Assembly (NCBI GenBank): GCA_007376485.1
Contig: VMGJ01000001.1
Location: forward strand, 41,788 to 105,787
Source: Parcubacteria group bacterium Licking1014_17
GTDB lineage: Bacteria; Patescibacteriota; Minisyncoccia; 2-02-FULL-40-12; IGHO2-01-FULL-4-A
Reading direction: 5' to 3'
DNA length: 64,000 nt
The first letter of the stretch is position 1; every line of letters starts with the position of its first letter. Made by a program: the position numbers and the translations under genes. Of the stretch, positions 9,650 to 20,253 are shown in pieces. The notes beneath the pieces are model-generated. The model saw nothing but the letters and a program-made list of their open reading frames with translations. It was not told where the DNA came from and ran no database searches.

Positions 9650-10456
9650 ATGAGGACCTATACTAAAAAATTTCAGGACAGATTACGCCTTGAGAAGCGG
9701 CGGAGATCCGTTGTTAAGCCGATTATTTATACGCTTGTTGTTTTAGCCGTTCTCGCCGCCGGCATTTTTGTCCTTTTCTTTTCCGATTTATTTTACGTGA
9801 AAGAAATAAATATTTCCGGAGCCGAAAAAATCCAGGGGCTCAATGTCGCCCAGTTCGTCAATAGTTGGCTGGACTCGGGGTTTATCGGGATTAAGCGCCG
9901 GAGCAACTCAATCATTTTCGGGCAGGACATGCTCGCGCGCTCTCTGATGAACCAGTCGGCGAGAATTTCTTCCGTAGTCATAAAAAGAGAGTCGCCGCAC
10001 AAGCTTGACATAACCGTTACCGAGCGTTCGCCGGCGGGCATTTGGTGTTACGAAACGAGCGGCAGCTGCTACTATTTTGACACTAACGGCTACGCTTACA
10101 GCAAAATCGGGGCCACATCAGGACACGTGTTTCTTAAGGTCAACGATGAGGTCAAGCAGGATACTGAAATCGGACGTCCCGTTTCGGACAATTCTTTATT
10201 CCAACTGGTAAAAAAGGTCAGTGATTCTTTAGCGCAGGCGAAATTTGCCATTACGGAGTTTGTTATTCCTAAAGATAATTTAAACGAACTGGATTTCAGA
10301 ACTAATCTTGGTTTTCTGGTGAAAATAGACACGACAGAGGATATAGACAGGCAAATTTCAGCCCTTAATCTTTTATTAAGCGAAAAACCTTATCTTCTCA
10401 AGCATCTTCTTGAATACATAGACCTCCGAATCCCGAGCAGGATTTATTACAAATAA
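9650..10456 (+). CDS. FtsQ/DivIB-like cell division protein
   Basis: Basic N-terminus, TM, POTRA-like VKEINISG..PHKLDITVTER, C-terminal EYIDLRIPSRIYYK. Confidence 0.8.
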   Translation: MRTYTKKFQDRLRLEKRRRSVVKPIIYTLVVLAVLAAGIFVLFFSDLFYVKEINISGAEKIQGLNVAQFVNSWLDSGFIGIKRRSNSIIFGQDMLARSLMNQSARISSVVIKRESPHKLDITVTERSPAGIWCYETSGSCYYFDTNGYAYSKIGATSGHVFLKVNDEVKQDTEIGRPVSDNSLFQLVKKVSDSLAQAKFAITEFVIPKDNLNELDFRTNLGFLVKIDTTEDIDRQISALNLLLSEKPYLLKHLLEYIDLRIPSRIYYK

Positions 10457-10463
10457 TCCCTGG

Positions 10464-10612
10464 TTTGCCGGAGAATATGTCTTTTCGCAGATGCTCGGGC
10501 TTTCCAGCGAAGTCCTCGCTTATAGTTCGCCAGTTTTCTCCTGCCGGCACACCGGCGGTAGACCAAGCAAAACTGACTCGCTGTACTGCTCAAAGACATA
10601 CTCCCTGGCAAA
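10464..10612 (-). repeat. Structured intergenic element, subfamily A copy 2
   Basis: Same core as copy 1. Outer stem tttgccggagaatatgtcttt / aaagacatactccctggcaaa. Confidence 0.92.
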
Positions 10613-10641
10613 AAATTGTGGTGTTAATTATAAGTTTCCTT

Positions 10642-12447
10642 TTACTTTTCTATCCTGTACACAAAAATTGAGCCGCCGATATTTGCAACGGGTTTGTAGA
10701 TATCAAGCCATCTGTAATTCGGTTTGGAGGGATTTTTGTCGGTGCCGTAAGAACCGCGCAAAGATGTTGCCGAAACCGCCAGCCAGCCGTCCGACTGATT
10801 GTTTTTTATAAAATCGGCGACATCTTTATATTTCTTGGAATAGGTCCAGATATATCTGTCGCCGAGATAATAATGCGGGTCAGCCCAGCCGAAATAATCA
10901 AATTCAATTTTTTTGATATCCTGCCCTTTCACCCAGTCGCTGAATCTTATCAAATCCTGTCCCCAATCCAAGTTTGAATCAACCACATAATTGCTTGCCC
11001 CGTTAGAAACGGAGTTTTTTTCGGGGCTGGCGTTCGCCGTGCCGCTGATGAACTGGTTAAAATAACTTAAATAATTCGGGTAAGCGCGGAAATTTTCCAG
11101 CGCGTAAAAACCGATAATCACAAAAATGGCGGTAACGGTTATTTTACCCAAAGCGGCGCTCCTATTTTTTGCCGCGTTTATTATATTAACCATGGCTCCG
11201 GAAACCAGAATTATCGCCGCGCCGTAAATCGGCAAAAGATGGCGGATGCCGATATTCAGCCCGCCGATTACGCTTATGAAAATATAAACAGCCAGCCATA
11301 AACCGAGAGCCAATTCGTCAAAGTGATTTACGGCCCATGTTTTTTTATCTTTAGCCCAATCGCTTTTTATTGCCCGCGAAATAAACCAGACGATAGCAAC
11401 TACAACCAGAAACAGCCAGGCGATTGGTTCTTTTATCAAATAAACGAACGGGAAATAACCGCGCAGCGCCGTGCTGTAGACTTTGCCCAAGAAAAATATT
11501 GTGCCTCCTCCCCGCGCCGCCCGGTCCTCTGCCATCAAAACTCCGGCGCCATAATAAGCCAGCGCTCTCACGACCGGCACGCCCGAAAGCGTCTCTATTA
11601 TTTTTACAGGGACTTTGTTGGGATAAATCGCCAGAAATGTTTTTGTGTCCTGAATCTGCTTTTGAATAGGATAATTGAAAGTGTTTAAAAAATAAACCGG
11701 GGATACTATCAAAAATATTGCAATCAGAGTGATTTTTATGGTTCCGGAAATCGGGCGGCTTCCAGCGGTTTTTAGAAACACCGCGTAACCAACTATCGCC
11801 AGTATGAAAAAGTAGGGAACGAGAAGCACCGTGGAAAATTTTGTGAGCAGGGCAAAACCCAATCCGATACCTGCCCACCAGAGATTTTTTCCGGTCTGGT
11901 TTTTCAGGTATTTAATAAATAAATAAGAACTAACCAAAACGCCCGTCAACGCCGGCACGTCGGTAGTAACAAAATGGGCGTGCGAGAGAATCGTGGTTGA
12001 AAGGGAATACAAAACAACTGCGATAAACGAACCGAGCCGGCCGTATATTTTTTGAGTCCATACAAAAACAGCCGTGCCGCCAAGAATGAAAAATAACAGC
12101 ATTGGCAAACGGGCGACGAACCGGATTTTGTCGGCGTCATTGCCCGTAGTGTTGAATATGAGACTTCTGCCGAAATTCCACTCCCCATCCACGCCTTTCT
12201 GCCAGTCGGCAGAATCAAACGCGCCCTGCTTCAGCGGCAAAGCCAGCAAGGCGATTCCCGCCAGATCTTTCACCAAAGGCGGGTGTTCAGGATTCATTCT
12301 CATATCGGCTTTTTTGACGTAGGAATAGCCGGCGCCGATATGGGGAACCTCGTCAATAATAAGCGATTCGTGCCACGAGCTTGCATAACTTAAAACAGCG
12401 CCAAGAAGAATAACAGCCGCCGCCAGAAGAATTGCCGAACGTTTCAT
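10642..12447 (-). CDS. GT-C glycosyltransferase (PMT/ArnT-like)
   Basis: DEVPHIGAGYSY, NPEHPPLVK, TTDVP and DSNLDWGQD motifs; multi-TM. Confidence 0.85.
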   Translation of the reverse strand: MKRSAILLAAAVILLGAVLSYASSWHESLIIDEVPHIGAGYSYVKKADMRMNPEHPPLVKDLAGIALLALPLKQGAFDSADWQKGVDGEWNFGRSLIFNTTGNDADKIRFVARLPMLLFFILGGTAVFVWTQKIYGRLGSFIAVVLYSLSTTILSHAHFVTTDVPALTGVLVSSYLFIKYLKNQTGKNLWWAGIGLGFALLTKFSTVLLVPYFFILAIVGYAVFLKTAGSRPISGTIKITLIAIFLIVSPVYFLNTFNYPIQKQIQDTKTFLAIYPNKVPVKIIETLSGVPVVRALAYYGAGVLMAEDRAARGGGTIFFLGKVYSTALRGYFPFVYLIKEPIAWLFLVVVAIVWFISRAIKSDWAKDKKTWAVNHFDELALGLWLAVYIFISVIGGLNIGIRHLLPIYGAAIILVSGAMVNIINAAKNRSAALGKITVTAIFVIIGFYALENFRAYPNYLSYFNQFISGTANASPEKNSVSNGASNYVVDSNLDWGQDLIRFSDWVKGQDIKKIEFDYFGWADPHYYLGDRYIWTYSKKYKDVADFIKNNQSDGWLAVSATSLRGSYGTDKNPSKPNYRWLDIYKPVANIGGSIFVYRIEK

Positions 12448-14015
12448 TATTCAAGAGGTATCACAACCGCGTTCTTTGGTAAACTGTAGCCCGAATCTAT
12501 AAGTTTGGGAGTAACATAATAAATATTGCGCTGTTTTTGCTTTTCCAGCGTGAATGTATCAGTCAGAAACATTACCGTTTGAGCGGGCATCGGGATTCCG
12601 TTAACTTGGACCCCTCCAGCTTTGACTAAAACGTAAACCGGTTTTGAAAGCGATTGCAGATAAACCTTATCGGCAAGCTTCACGTAATTTTCATTGAAAG
12701 CCGCGGCGGTGTTCGGGTCTTTAGCCCATTTGTTGAAATATTTGTCGTATTCAACGACGGAGAAAGAGAAGAGCAGAATGCAAATCGCGATTGTGGCAAT
12801 GAAAGTATCTTCAGCCACAAAGCCCGGAATTTCTTTTTCGTGCTTCGGGTCCTGCTCGTGATAACGTTTCTCTATCAGCGTGAATATCCACCAAAGCGTT
12901 TCAGCAGCAAAAATACAGACGACCGGCGTGACGAGGATGGTTCTCAAGGCGTGGGGGATTCCTTCGTTGGAAAATATTCCCGGCAGGAGTCCGATTACCA
13001 GCCAGGATAAAAGCATCGCGTGCGCCGCCGAATGGTGGCCGTGGGCTTCTTTGGATTTTACCGTTTTAACAATGCTTCTGATGACGCCGATTAAGAAAAG
13101 TATCCCAACCGGCCAGATAAGCATCGCCGAGCCGGATAGATTATGGCGCCAGTTCAAGTCGCCTTTCGTGAAAAACATCGCGATTGTTTTTCCGGCATTG
13201 GCTATTATTTGCCACAGGGGATTATCGGCGCTAAAAACCGATACCTGTCCGGCGCGGTAGAATAACATGCCGGGATTATTCATAAAGTACCAAACCAAAG
13301 GCGCCGCGGCTAAAATGCCGAGTATAATGGTCAGTCCCAATCCGCGGAGAATGTAATTGCTGGCGTGCTTGCCTGCTCCGACGGCGACATGTTTTCTGAC
13401 GGTAGCCCAATACACCACTAAAGTTATTATAGCTATCAACGGAGCGACCCTGAAAGGCAGGTATGTCTGCAGCCCAAGTCCAAACAACAAACCGCTCGCC
13501 CCGAAGTCCCATAAACTTGCCCTCGCAAGCCCGAGCCAGAAGAAATACAAAGCCCAGACCAGAAACAGAGGGGCCAGAATGCCGGCAAAGGCGATGCGGG
13601 AAAATAAAACATGCCAGAAAGAAATCGCCAGCAAAAAACTTGCGAATGCCGCCGTCTGCCAATTGAATAATTGTTTGACCAGCAGATACAAACCAAGCAC
13701 CGTCAGCGTGCCGGCAAGCGCCGGTATCAATCTTAATACCCACGGCTTATTGCCAAACGCGTTTGTCGCTATCGAGAGCAGGTTAATATACAACCCCTCC
13801 CGTCCGTTATTGTCTTTGTAAAATACTTTGTAATTTCCGGTTTCGTATGCCTGAATGGCTTCGTTGCCGTTTATGGCTTCGTCCGGATAAAGTCCGGGCG
13901 GAGTAGCGGCTAAATTATTGAAGCGGAAAAACGCGGCGGTGAAAAGTATAAAAACCGCCACAATCAATTCTTTTTTCTTATGGTTCATAATCTGATAATA
14001 GTAGTAATGGGACAT
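12447..14015 (-). CDS. GT-C glycosyltransferase (PMT/ArnT-like)
   Basis: PPGLYPDEA, NGREGLY and SFWHVLFSR motifs; multi-TM. Start may be the later Met at 13988. Confidence 0.85.
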   Translation of the reverse strand: MSHYYYYQIMNHKKKELIVAVFILFTAAFFRFNNLAATPPGLYPDEAINGNEAIQAYETGNYKVFYKDNNGREGLYINLLSIATNAFGNKPWVLRLIPALAGTLTVLGLYLLVKQLFNWQTAAFASFLLAISFWHVLFSRIAFAGILAPLFLVWALYFFWLGLARASLWDFGASGLLFGLGLQTYLPFRVAPLIAIITLVVYWATVRKHVAVGAGKHASNYILRGLGLTIILGILAAAPLVWYFMNNPGMLFYRAGQVSVFSADNPLWQIIANAGKTIAMFFTKGDLNWRHNLSGSAMLIWPVGILFLIGVIRSIVKTVKSKEAHGHHSAAHAMLLSWLVIGLLPGIFSNEGIPHALRTILVTPVVCIFAAETLWWIFTLIEKRYHEQDPKHEKEIPGFVAEDTFIATIAICILLFSFSVVEYDKYFNKWAKDPNTAAAFNENYVKLADKVYLQSLSKPVYVLVKAGGVQVNGIPMPAQTVMFLTDTFTLEKQKQRNIYYVTPKLIDSGYSLPKNAVVIPLE

Positions 14016-14079
14016 ATACGGTCATCTTAGCACATTAATGTTCTATATTCTTGTTTTAATATCCACAAATCAGGGGATA

Positions 14080-14141
14080 TTGACACACATTGCCGCTCGT
14101 GTAAAATATCCTCATTGGCACTCTCATACTTTGTGTGCTAG
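14080..14141 (+). promoter_or_regulatory. groESL promoter and CIRCE-like HrcA operator
   Basis: TTGACA (14080)-16 bp-TAAAAT. TTGGCACTC-N9-GTGTGCTAG (14115-14141) versus the CIRCE consensus TTAGCACTC-N9-GAGTGCTAA. Confidence 0.75.
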
Positions 14142-14217
14142 CATGTTTTTGCACCCAGTTAAAAATCCGGCATCTTTGGGGTTGCGGGTTTTTTGACTTT
14201 GTGCTTTATTATTAACT

Positions 14218-14505
14218 ATGAAAATAAAACCATTATCCGACAGGGTTCTTATTGAACCCATAAAAGAAGAGAAGAAAAAAGGCGGGATAATTCTGCCCGA
14301 AACGGTGGAGAAAGAACGCCCGCAGGAAGGGAAAGTTATTGCCGTCGGACCGGGCAAGAAAGACGATAGCGGCAAACTAATGCCGATGAATGTCAAGAAG
14401 GGCGATAAAGTCCTCTTCACCAAATACGGACCAAATGAAATAAAGGTCGAGGACAAGGAATACTTGATTGCCCGCGAAGAGGATATTTTGGCGATTATTG
14501 AATAA
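14218..14505 (+). CDS. groES: Co-chaperonin GroES
   Basis: [14 protein letters not shown] and AVGPG motifs. Confidence 0.98.
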   Translation: MKIKPLSDRVLIEPIKEEKKKGGIILPETVEKERPQEGKVIAVGPGKKDDSGKLMPMNVKKGDKVLFTKYGPNEIKVEDKEYLIAREEDILAIIE

Positions 14506-14527
14506 TTTGGTATTAGTTAAAAATTCG

Positions 14528-16336
<1,809 letters not shown>

Positions 16337-16339
16337 TTA

Positions 16340-16501
16340 ATTATTATGCCTTTTCGGGACTAAATTTTCGCCAGCGACGAAAATTTATCTGATGAGATTG
16401 CCTCTGTTTGTCAAGATATTTACCCCGACTATAAGTCGGGGCTCAATCATTGACAAAACCGTGCCAGAGGCAATCTCAACAGCCCTCAAAAGCACAATAA
16501 T
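16340..16501 (-). repeat. Structured intergenic element, subfamily B copy 3
   Basis: B core; perfect tgagattgcctctg / cagaggcaatctca stem; bulge accgtgc. Confidence 0.92.
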
Positions 16502-16600
16502 CTTTTACATTTGACTTTTGGTTGGTTTTGTGATAGCATTATGAAAGCATCTTAAAACCTTTTATTCTTACATTCTTGTCTGACCCGAAAGGAGACGGTC

Positions 16601-16897
16601 ATGAAAAAGTTTCTTCTGATTGTATCAAATTTTCTTTTCCCTCCTGAACATCTGTGTGTTGATCTTCAGAAGGCCGGCATCGGCATCATTCGGTGGCCGG
16701 GAGAGACCGACCAAACCGGTGCCAGATTCAACGGCATCAACTGGGTAGAGGTAGCAAAAGCCCGCGAAGCGGGAAGCCGGACTGTCCAGGAAAAAATGGA
16801 CATCACCGTTTTGTCCCGCGAGGCGGTGAAACGGGGAAAAGAAAATATAAAACTGGCGGTAGTAGCTGTTGCCGCCAATAAAGGAAATAAGAAGTAA
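16601..16897 (+). CDS. Hypothetical protein
   Basis: Promoter TTGACT-17-TAGCAT (16511-16539), AAGGAG SD, downstream terminator. Confidence 0.6.
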   Translation: MKKFLLIVSNFLFPPEHLCVDLQKAGIGIIRWPGETDQTGARFNGINWVEVAKAREAGSRTVQEKMDITVLSREAVKRGKENIKLAVVAVAANKGNKK

Positions 16898-16921
16898 ACA
16901 AAAAAGAGGAGAATGAAAGGG

Positions 16922-16996
16922 AAAGCCCAGTTTTACTGGGCTTTTAAATTTAAATAAAGAAAGCCCCTAACCTCTTGCGGAGATTGGGGGCTTTTT
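16922..16996. terminator. Two adjacent bidirectional terminator hairpins between convergent genes
   Basis: aaagcccag-tttta-ctgggctttt and aaagcccctaacctc..gagattgggggctttt. Confidence 0.7.
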
Positions 16997-17019
16997 AAAA
17001 AGAGCCGTGTTACCGTCAT

Positions 17020-17925
17020 TCACTTAATTTCCTCAAGGCTCGCAGGCCGTAAATTATTAATTGCCTGCTGGACTGCCTCAAAGACAACTTCAGAGAGGAG
17101 GGTGTTCTGGATGCCCTCTACTTTTTCCGTTCCCCATGGCATCCTGACTCTCTGGCAGGATTGGGCAACACCCGTTGCAAAACCACTGGAACCGAGAACC
17201 ACATTACCATTGGGGTCTTCAAACCACATATTGATAAAGAATGACACTAAATATTGACCTTTCTTCTTTTGGGCCCCACGCACGACATTAAAGATGTCGT
17301 TCCTTATTTTTTTGTTTTTGTAACGTGTTCCGACTATACTGTCGGCGAGAGCAGTGATTTCATTATTTCCACTGGCACTCTTCCCCTCATAACGACTTCC
17401 TGAAATTCCGATGCAACTTTTGAGGATAAACGCCGGGGACTGCTCGGAATTCGTGAGCCGGTATCCGCTACTGTTCCGGAAAGCTCTGCTTAACTCCCCT
17501 AGAACATAGAGCTGGAGAGGCATGACACCGCGACTATTGGACTGATTTCCTCTCCAATAGTTCATATTGTTAAAACCATAATTGTCGGAACCGCAACCCA
17601 TCTGGTTGAGCCAATGTCCGATGAATCCCGTATCTAAACCGAAATTACCCTGCGGAAATATGAATATGTCCCAGTCGCCGCGATATTTATCCACTAATTC
17701 CGGCAGGTAATTCCTCTCCGGCATTTCAACCCGGATTAATGATATCCCGGGTGCCCCAACTTTTTTCCAGGATTCTTTTTCCAGATCAATCTGGTTCAGT
17801 TTTTCAATGTTGTAATTAGGCGGAGTTGGTAGCTGTTTTGATTCTTTTTTTTTGCCCGCCGCCGCGGGCGGCAATAATAGCAAAGACAAGACAAGAAATA
17901 TCAATATCGTTTTCAGATATTTCAA
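17020..17925 (-). CDS. Secreted hypothetical protein, C-terminus weakly CsgG-like
   Basis: Signal peptide MKYLKTILIFLVLSLLLLPPAAA; C-terminal strand-strand-helix pattern. Confidence 0.65.
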   Translation of the reverse strand: MKYLKTILIFLVLSLLLLPPAAAGKKKESKQLPTPPNYNIEKLNQIDLEKESWKKVGAPGISLIRVEMPERNYLPELVDKYRGDWDIFIFPQGNFGLDTGFIGHWLNQMGCGSDNYGFNNMNYWRGNQSNSRGVMPLQLYVLGELSRAFRNSSGYRLTNSEQSPAFILKSCIGISGSRYEGKSASGNNEITALADSIVGTRYKNKKIRNDIFNVVRGAQKKKGQYLVSFFINMWFEDPNGNVVLGSSGFATGVAQSCQRVRMPWGTEKVEGIQNTLLSEVVFEAVQQAINNLRPASLEEIK

Positions 17926-19364
17926 TTTTGTTCTCCTCTAGCCATTTCGGCCGGTTGTTTACTGATAATGACAAAAAGCACGTCTTTGGTAAAACTCATT
18001 GTTGATCTGTCGGGCAGGTTAAGGTGAAATTCTAAAACAGCTACCAAATTTTCTGGAATACTGAATTCCGCTTCTCTTCCCAATGTAAAGGATTTTTCCG
18101 CCTGTACCCCGTTGACGTCGTAACGCAGCGTGCCTATCAGGGCTAAAAACCTCTCATCCGGCATTGGAAAAAGATTCATATCTCTTCTTCCGACATCTCT
18201 TGGTGTCCAATTCATCCCCTCGGGACCAACACAGATGTTTTTTGTTTCCAGCTCGTAAGAACAAACCTGCCCGATTGCCTTGACTGTGTATTCTCCCGGT
18301 TCCAGATTGACAATCCGCCACGAATATCTGAGACTCGGATCAAGATCAAGTTTAATCACTGCTGGCGTAATGGCACCGGAAACCACGGCGCGTCCAGTTT
18401 CTTCGGTTTGCTTTTCCGGAATGGGCGGCGGTATCGCATCAACCTTGGCTGACTCTATTTTTAATTTAACCCTTGTTCTTTCTTCCGCTTTCCTGTCTGC
18501 TTCTTTTCTGTCAATCTCGGCTTGCTTGCAGATTAGGTCTATCTCTACCTGCGTGTCGACAGGCTCGAGCCGTTTTCCAGTGGCCGGATGGAAGCCATCC
18601 TCTTCAAAAAGCCCGATTCTCCCGCTGGCATCTTTCCCGTAATACCAAACGTAAGTGACTGTGGGGTTGCCTTTATCGTCAGTGTCGGTTTTTGTCCAAG
18701 AAAATTTACCACAATCGCCAATTGATTCAAGCGAATATTCTTTAGGAACAAACAGCCTTTCTCTTTTGATTTCTTTAGCCTCTTGCATGTCGTGTCGCTG
18801 AACATTTTCTAATCTCGCGCCCAGTCTCTCTTGGTATCCGAACCTTACGATAAGAATGGTAATAACCAATCCAATACGAACTAAGTGAAATTGCCAGCCG
18901 ATTTTTTCAATCGGCAGCCACATTATCAGGGAGACAAGGATGCAACCGCCCAACATTAAAGTGGTAATGGCATGTCCCGCGAAATGCTCGGTTGAGAACC
19001 CGCTGGTGATTATCGCGAGAAGACAGAAAGAGGTTATCATCCACGCGACTATCCGCAACGCCGTCCCGAGAGCCGGAATTTCTTTTGTCAGGATGATGAG
19101 GACGGTAATCAGAGGAACAAAGGCAAAAAGCAGAACAGAAATCGCTCCTGTGGACAACGCGAGGAAAATCGCGTGAACCGACGAATTGCCCGTGAATGAA
19201 CCGATTGTCAGCCACCCAGCCATAAGCAGGATAAAGACTGCCATCGCGACGCCGAGAAATGCCAGCCATATTCGGATGCCCCTGAAAACGTGATCTCCTA
19301 ACCAGCAAAGTGCTTCCCAGGAAGTTCCTAATAGTTCACCGATAAAATCAACTATTTGATTCAT
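17922..19364 (-). CDS. Membrane protein with extracytoplasmic beta-sandwich (possibly lectin-like) domain
   Basis: About 5 N-terminal TM helices; C-terminal FLALIGTL..FTLGREAEF; overlapping start/stop with neighbours. Confidence 0.7.
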   Translation of the reverse strand: MNQIVDFIGELLGTSWEALCWLGDHVFRGIRIWLAFLGVAMAVFILLMAGWLTIGSFTGNSSVHAIFLALSTGAISVLLFAFVPLITVLIILTKEIPALGTALRIVAWMITSFCLLAIITSGFSTEHFAGHAITTLMLGGCILVSLIMWLPIEKIGWQFHLVRIGLVITILIVRFGYQERLGARLENVQRHDMQEAKEIKRERLFVPKEYSLESIGDCGKFSWTKTDTDDKGNPTVTYVWYYGKDASGRIGLFEEDGFHPATGKRLEPVDTQVEIDLICKQAEIDRKEADRKAEERTRVKLKIESAKVDAIPPPIPEKQTEETGRAVVSGAITPAVIKLDLDPSLRYSWRIVNLEPGEYTVKAIGQVCSYELETKNICVGPEGMNWTPRDVGRRDMNLFPMPDERFLALIGTLRYDVNGVQAEKSFTLGREAEFSIPENLVAVLEFHLNLPDRSTMSFTKDVLFVIISKQPAEMARGEQN

Positions 19365-20029
19365 TTCTTGCCTCTGTGCCAGCGAGCCTGATCAGCCTTC
19401 CTTTTTTCTTGAATGGCTTTTTTCGTCTCGCGGAGTTTAGCGGTTAAAGATTCAAGAGAATCCGATTTGTCCTTAATTTCTTTCTCTTTTGAGTAAAGGC
19501 AGAGAAGGATTTCCTGACTTTTTTTGTCCGCCTTTAGAAATTTTTTGATTTCTTCTGGCGATAATTCGGAAAGTTTTTGAAATACATGATTTCGTTCTTT
19601 CTCGCTTCTTCCCTCGAGTAATATGGCCAGGTGACCAGTAAATGCGATAAAATCTTCTTCCTCCAACTTAACAGCTGTTTTTAGAAGATTTTTTACCGGC
19701 TCACCCTGCTCAAGGGCAACAATATCACCAATACTTTCCTTTATACCATTGACAAACCCGGTTCTTTTTAATGCCTCAGCGGGAACATCATCCACAATTT
19801 CTTTGAAGAATTTTCCAAGCGCCGAATTTTCCGGGATATTTTTACTGACGATGGCGCCAGTCAATACCAAGGCAGCGCCAATAATTCCCTTCTGGATTTT
19901 AGGCAAATCCCGGAGTCCCTTCAGAGGACCCTCAAAAAGCTTGTCATACTGCCCCTCAAGCAGGGCCTTACCCAAAGTTGAGCTGCCCATAGAAAACACA
20001 TCACTCAATCCCGGAAATTTGATACCCAT
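19361..20029 (-). CDS. Hypothetical protein
   Basis: 222-aa ORF with GGAGGT SD; first gene of a three-gene coupled operon. Confidence 0.7.
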   Translation of the reverse strand: MGIKFPGLSDVFSMGSSTLGKALLEGQYDKLFEGPLKGLRDLPKIQKGIIGAALVLTGAIVSKNIPENSALGKFFKEIVDDVPAEALKRTGFVNGIKESIGDIVALEQGEPVKNLLKTAVKLEEEDFIAFTGHLAILLEGRSEKERNHVFQKLSELSPEEIKKFLKADKKSQEILLCLYSKEKEIKDKSDSLESLTAKLRETKKAIQEKRKADQARWHRGKK

Positions 20030-20253
20030 TATGACCTCCGATTTTGAATAGGTTAAACACGTTTTAGATTAGCATCTATTTATCGCTGTTGTTTAAATTG
20101 TCAAAGAACAATTCCGTTATACGATATTATGGGGTTTTAGTAAATAACATGAACTAGGTAAAGCCCTCGCCATTCTTCGGCAGCGGGTTATTTTTGTCTT
20201 GTTTATAACTGATTATTGTATTGTTTGCCGGCCGTGTTACGATACAGATAACA

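Noticed and set aside
10465-10811. Short ORFs with recurring peptides (MLGLSSE.LAY.SPVF..PSKT.SLYCS), also at 57476, 60357 and 63153
   Set aside because: They are translations of subfamily A repeats. Frames and lengths differ between copies and variation follows base-pairing. The 63-codon extension of ORF 60357 is such an artefact.
16388-16400. Hammerhead-like CTGATGAG in element B3
   Set aside because: Other copies read ctggtga, ctcatga or ctcgtga, and the first bases covary with a partner strand; no conserved GAAA core in the right position.
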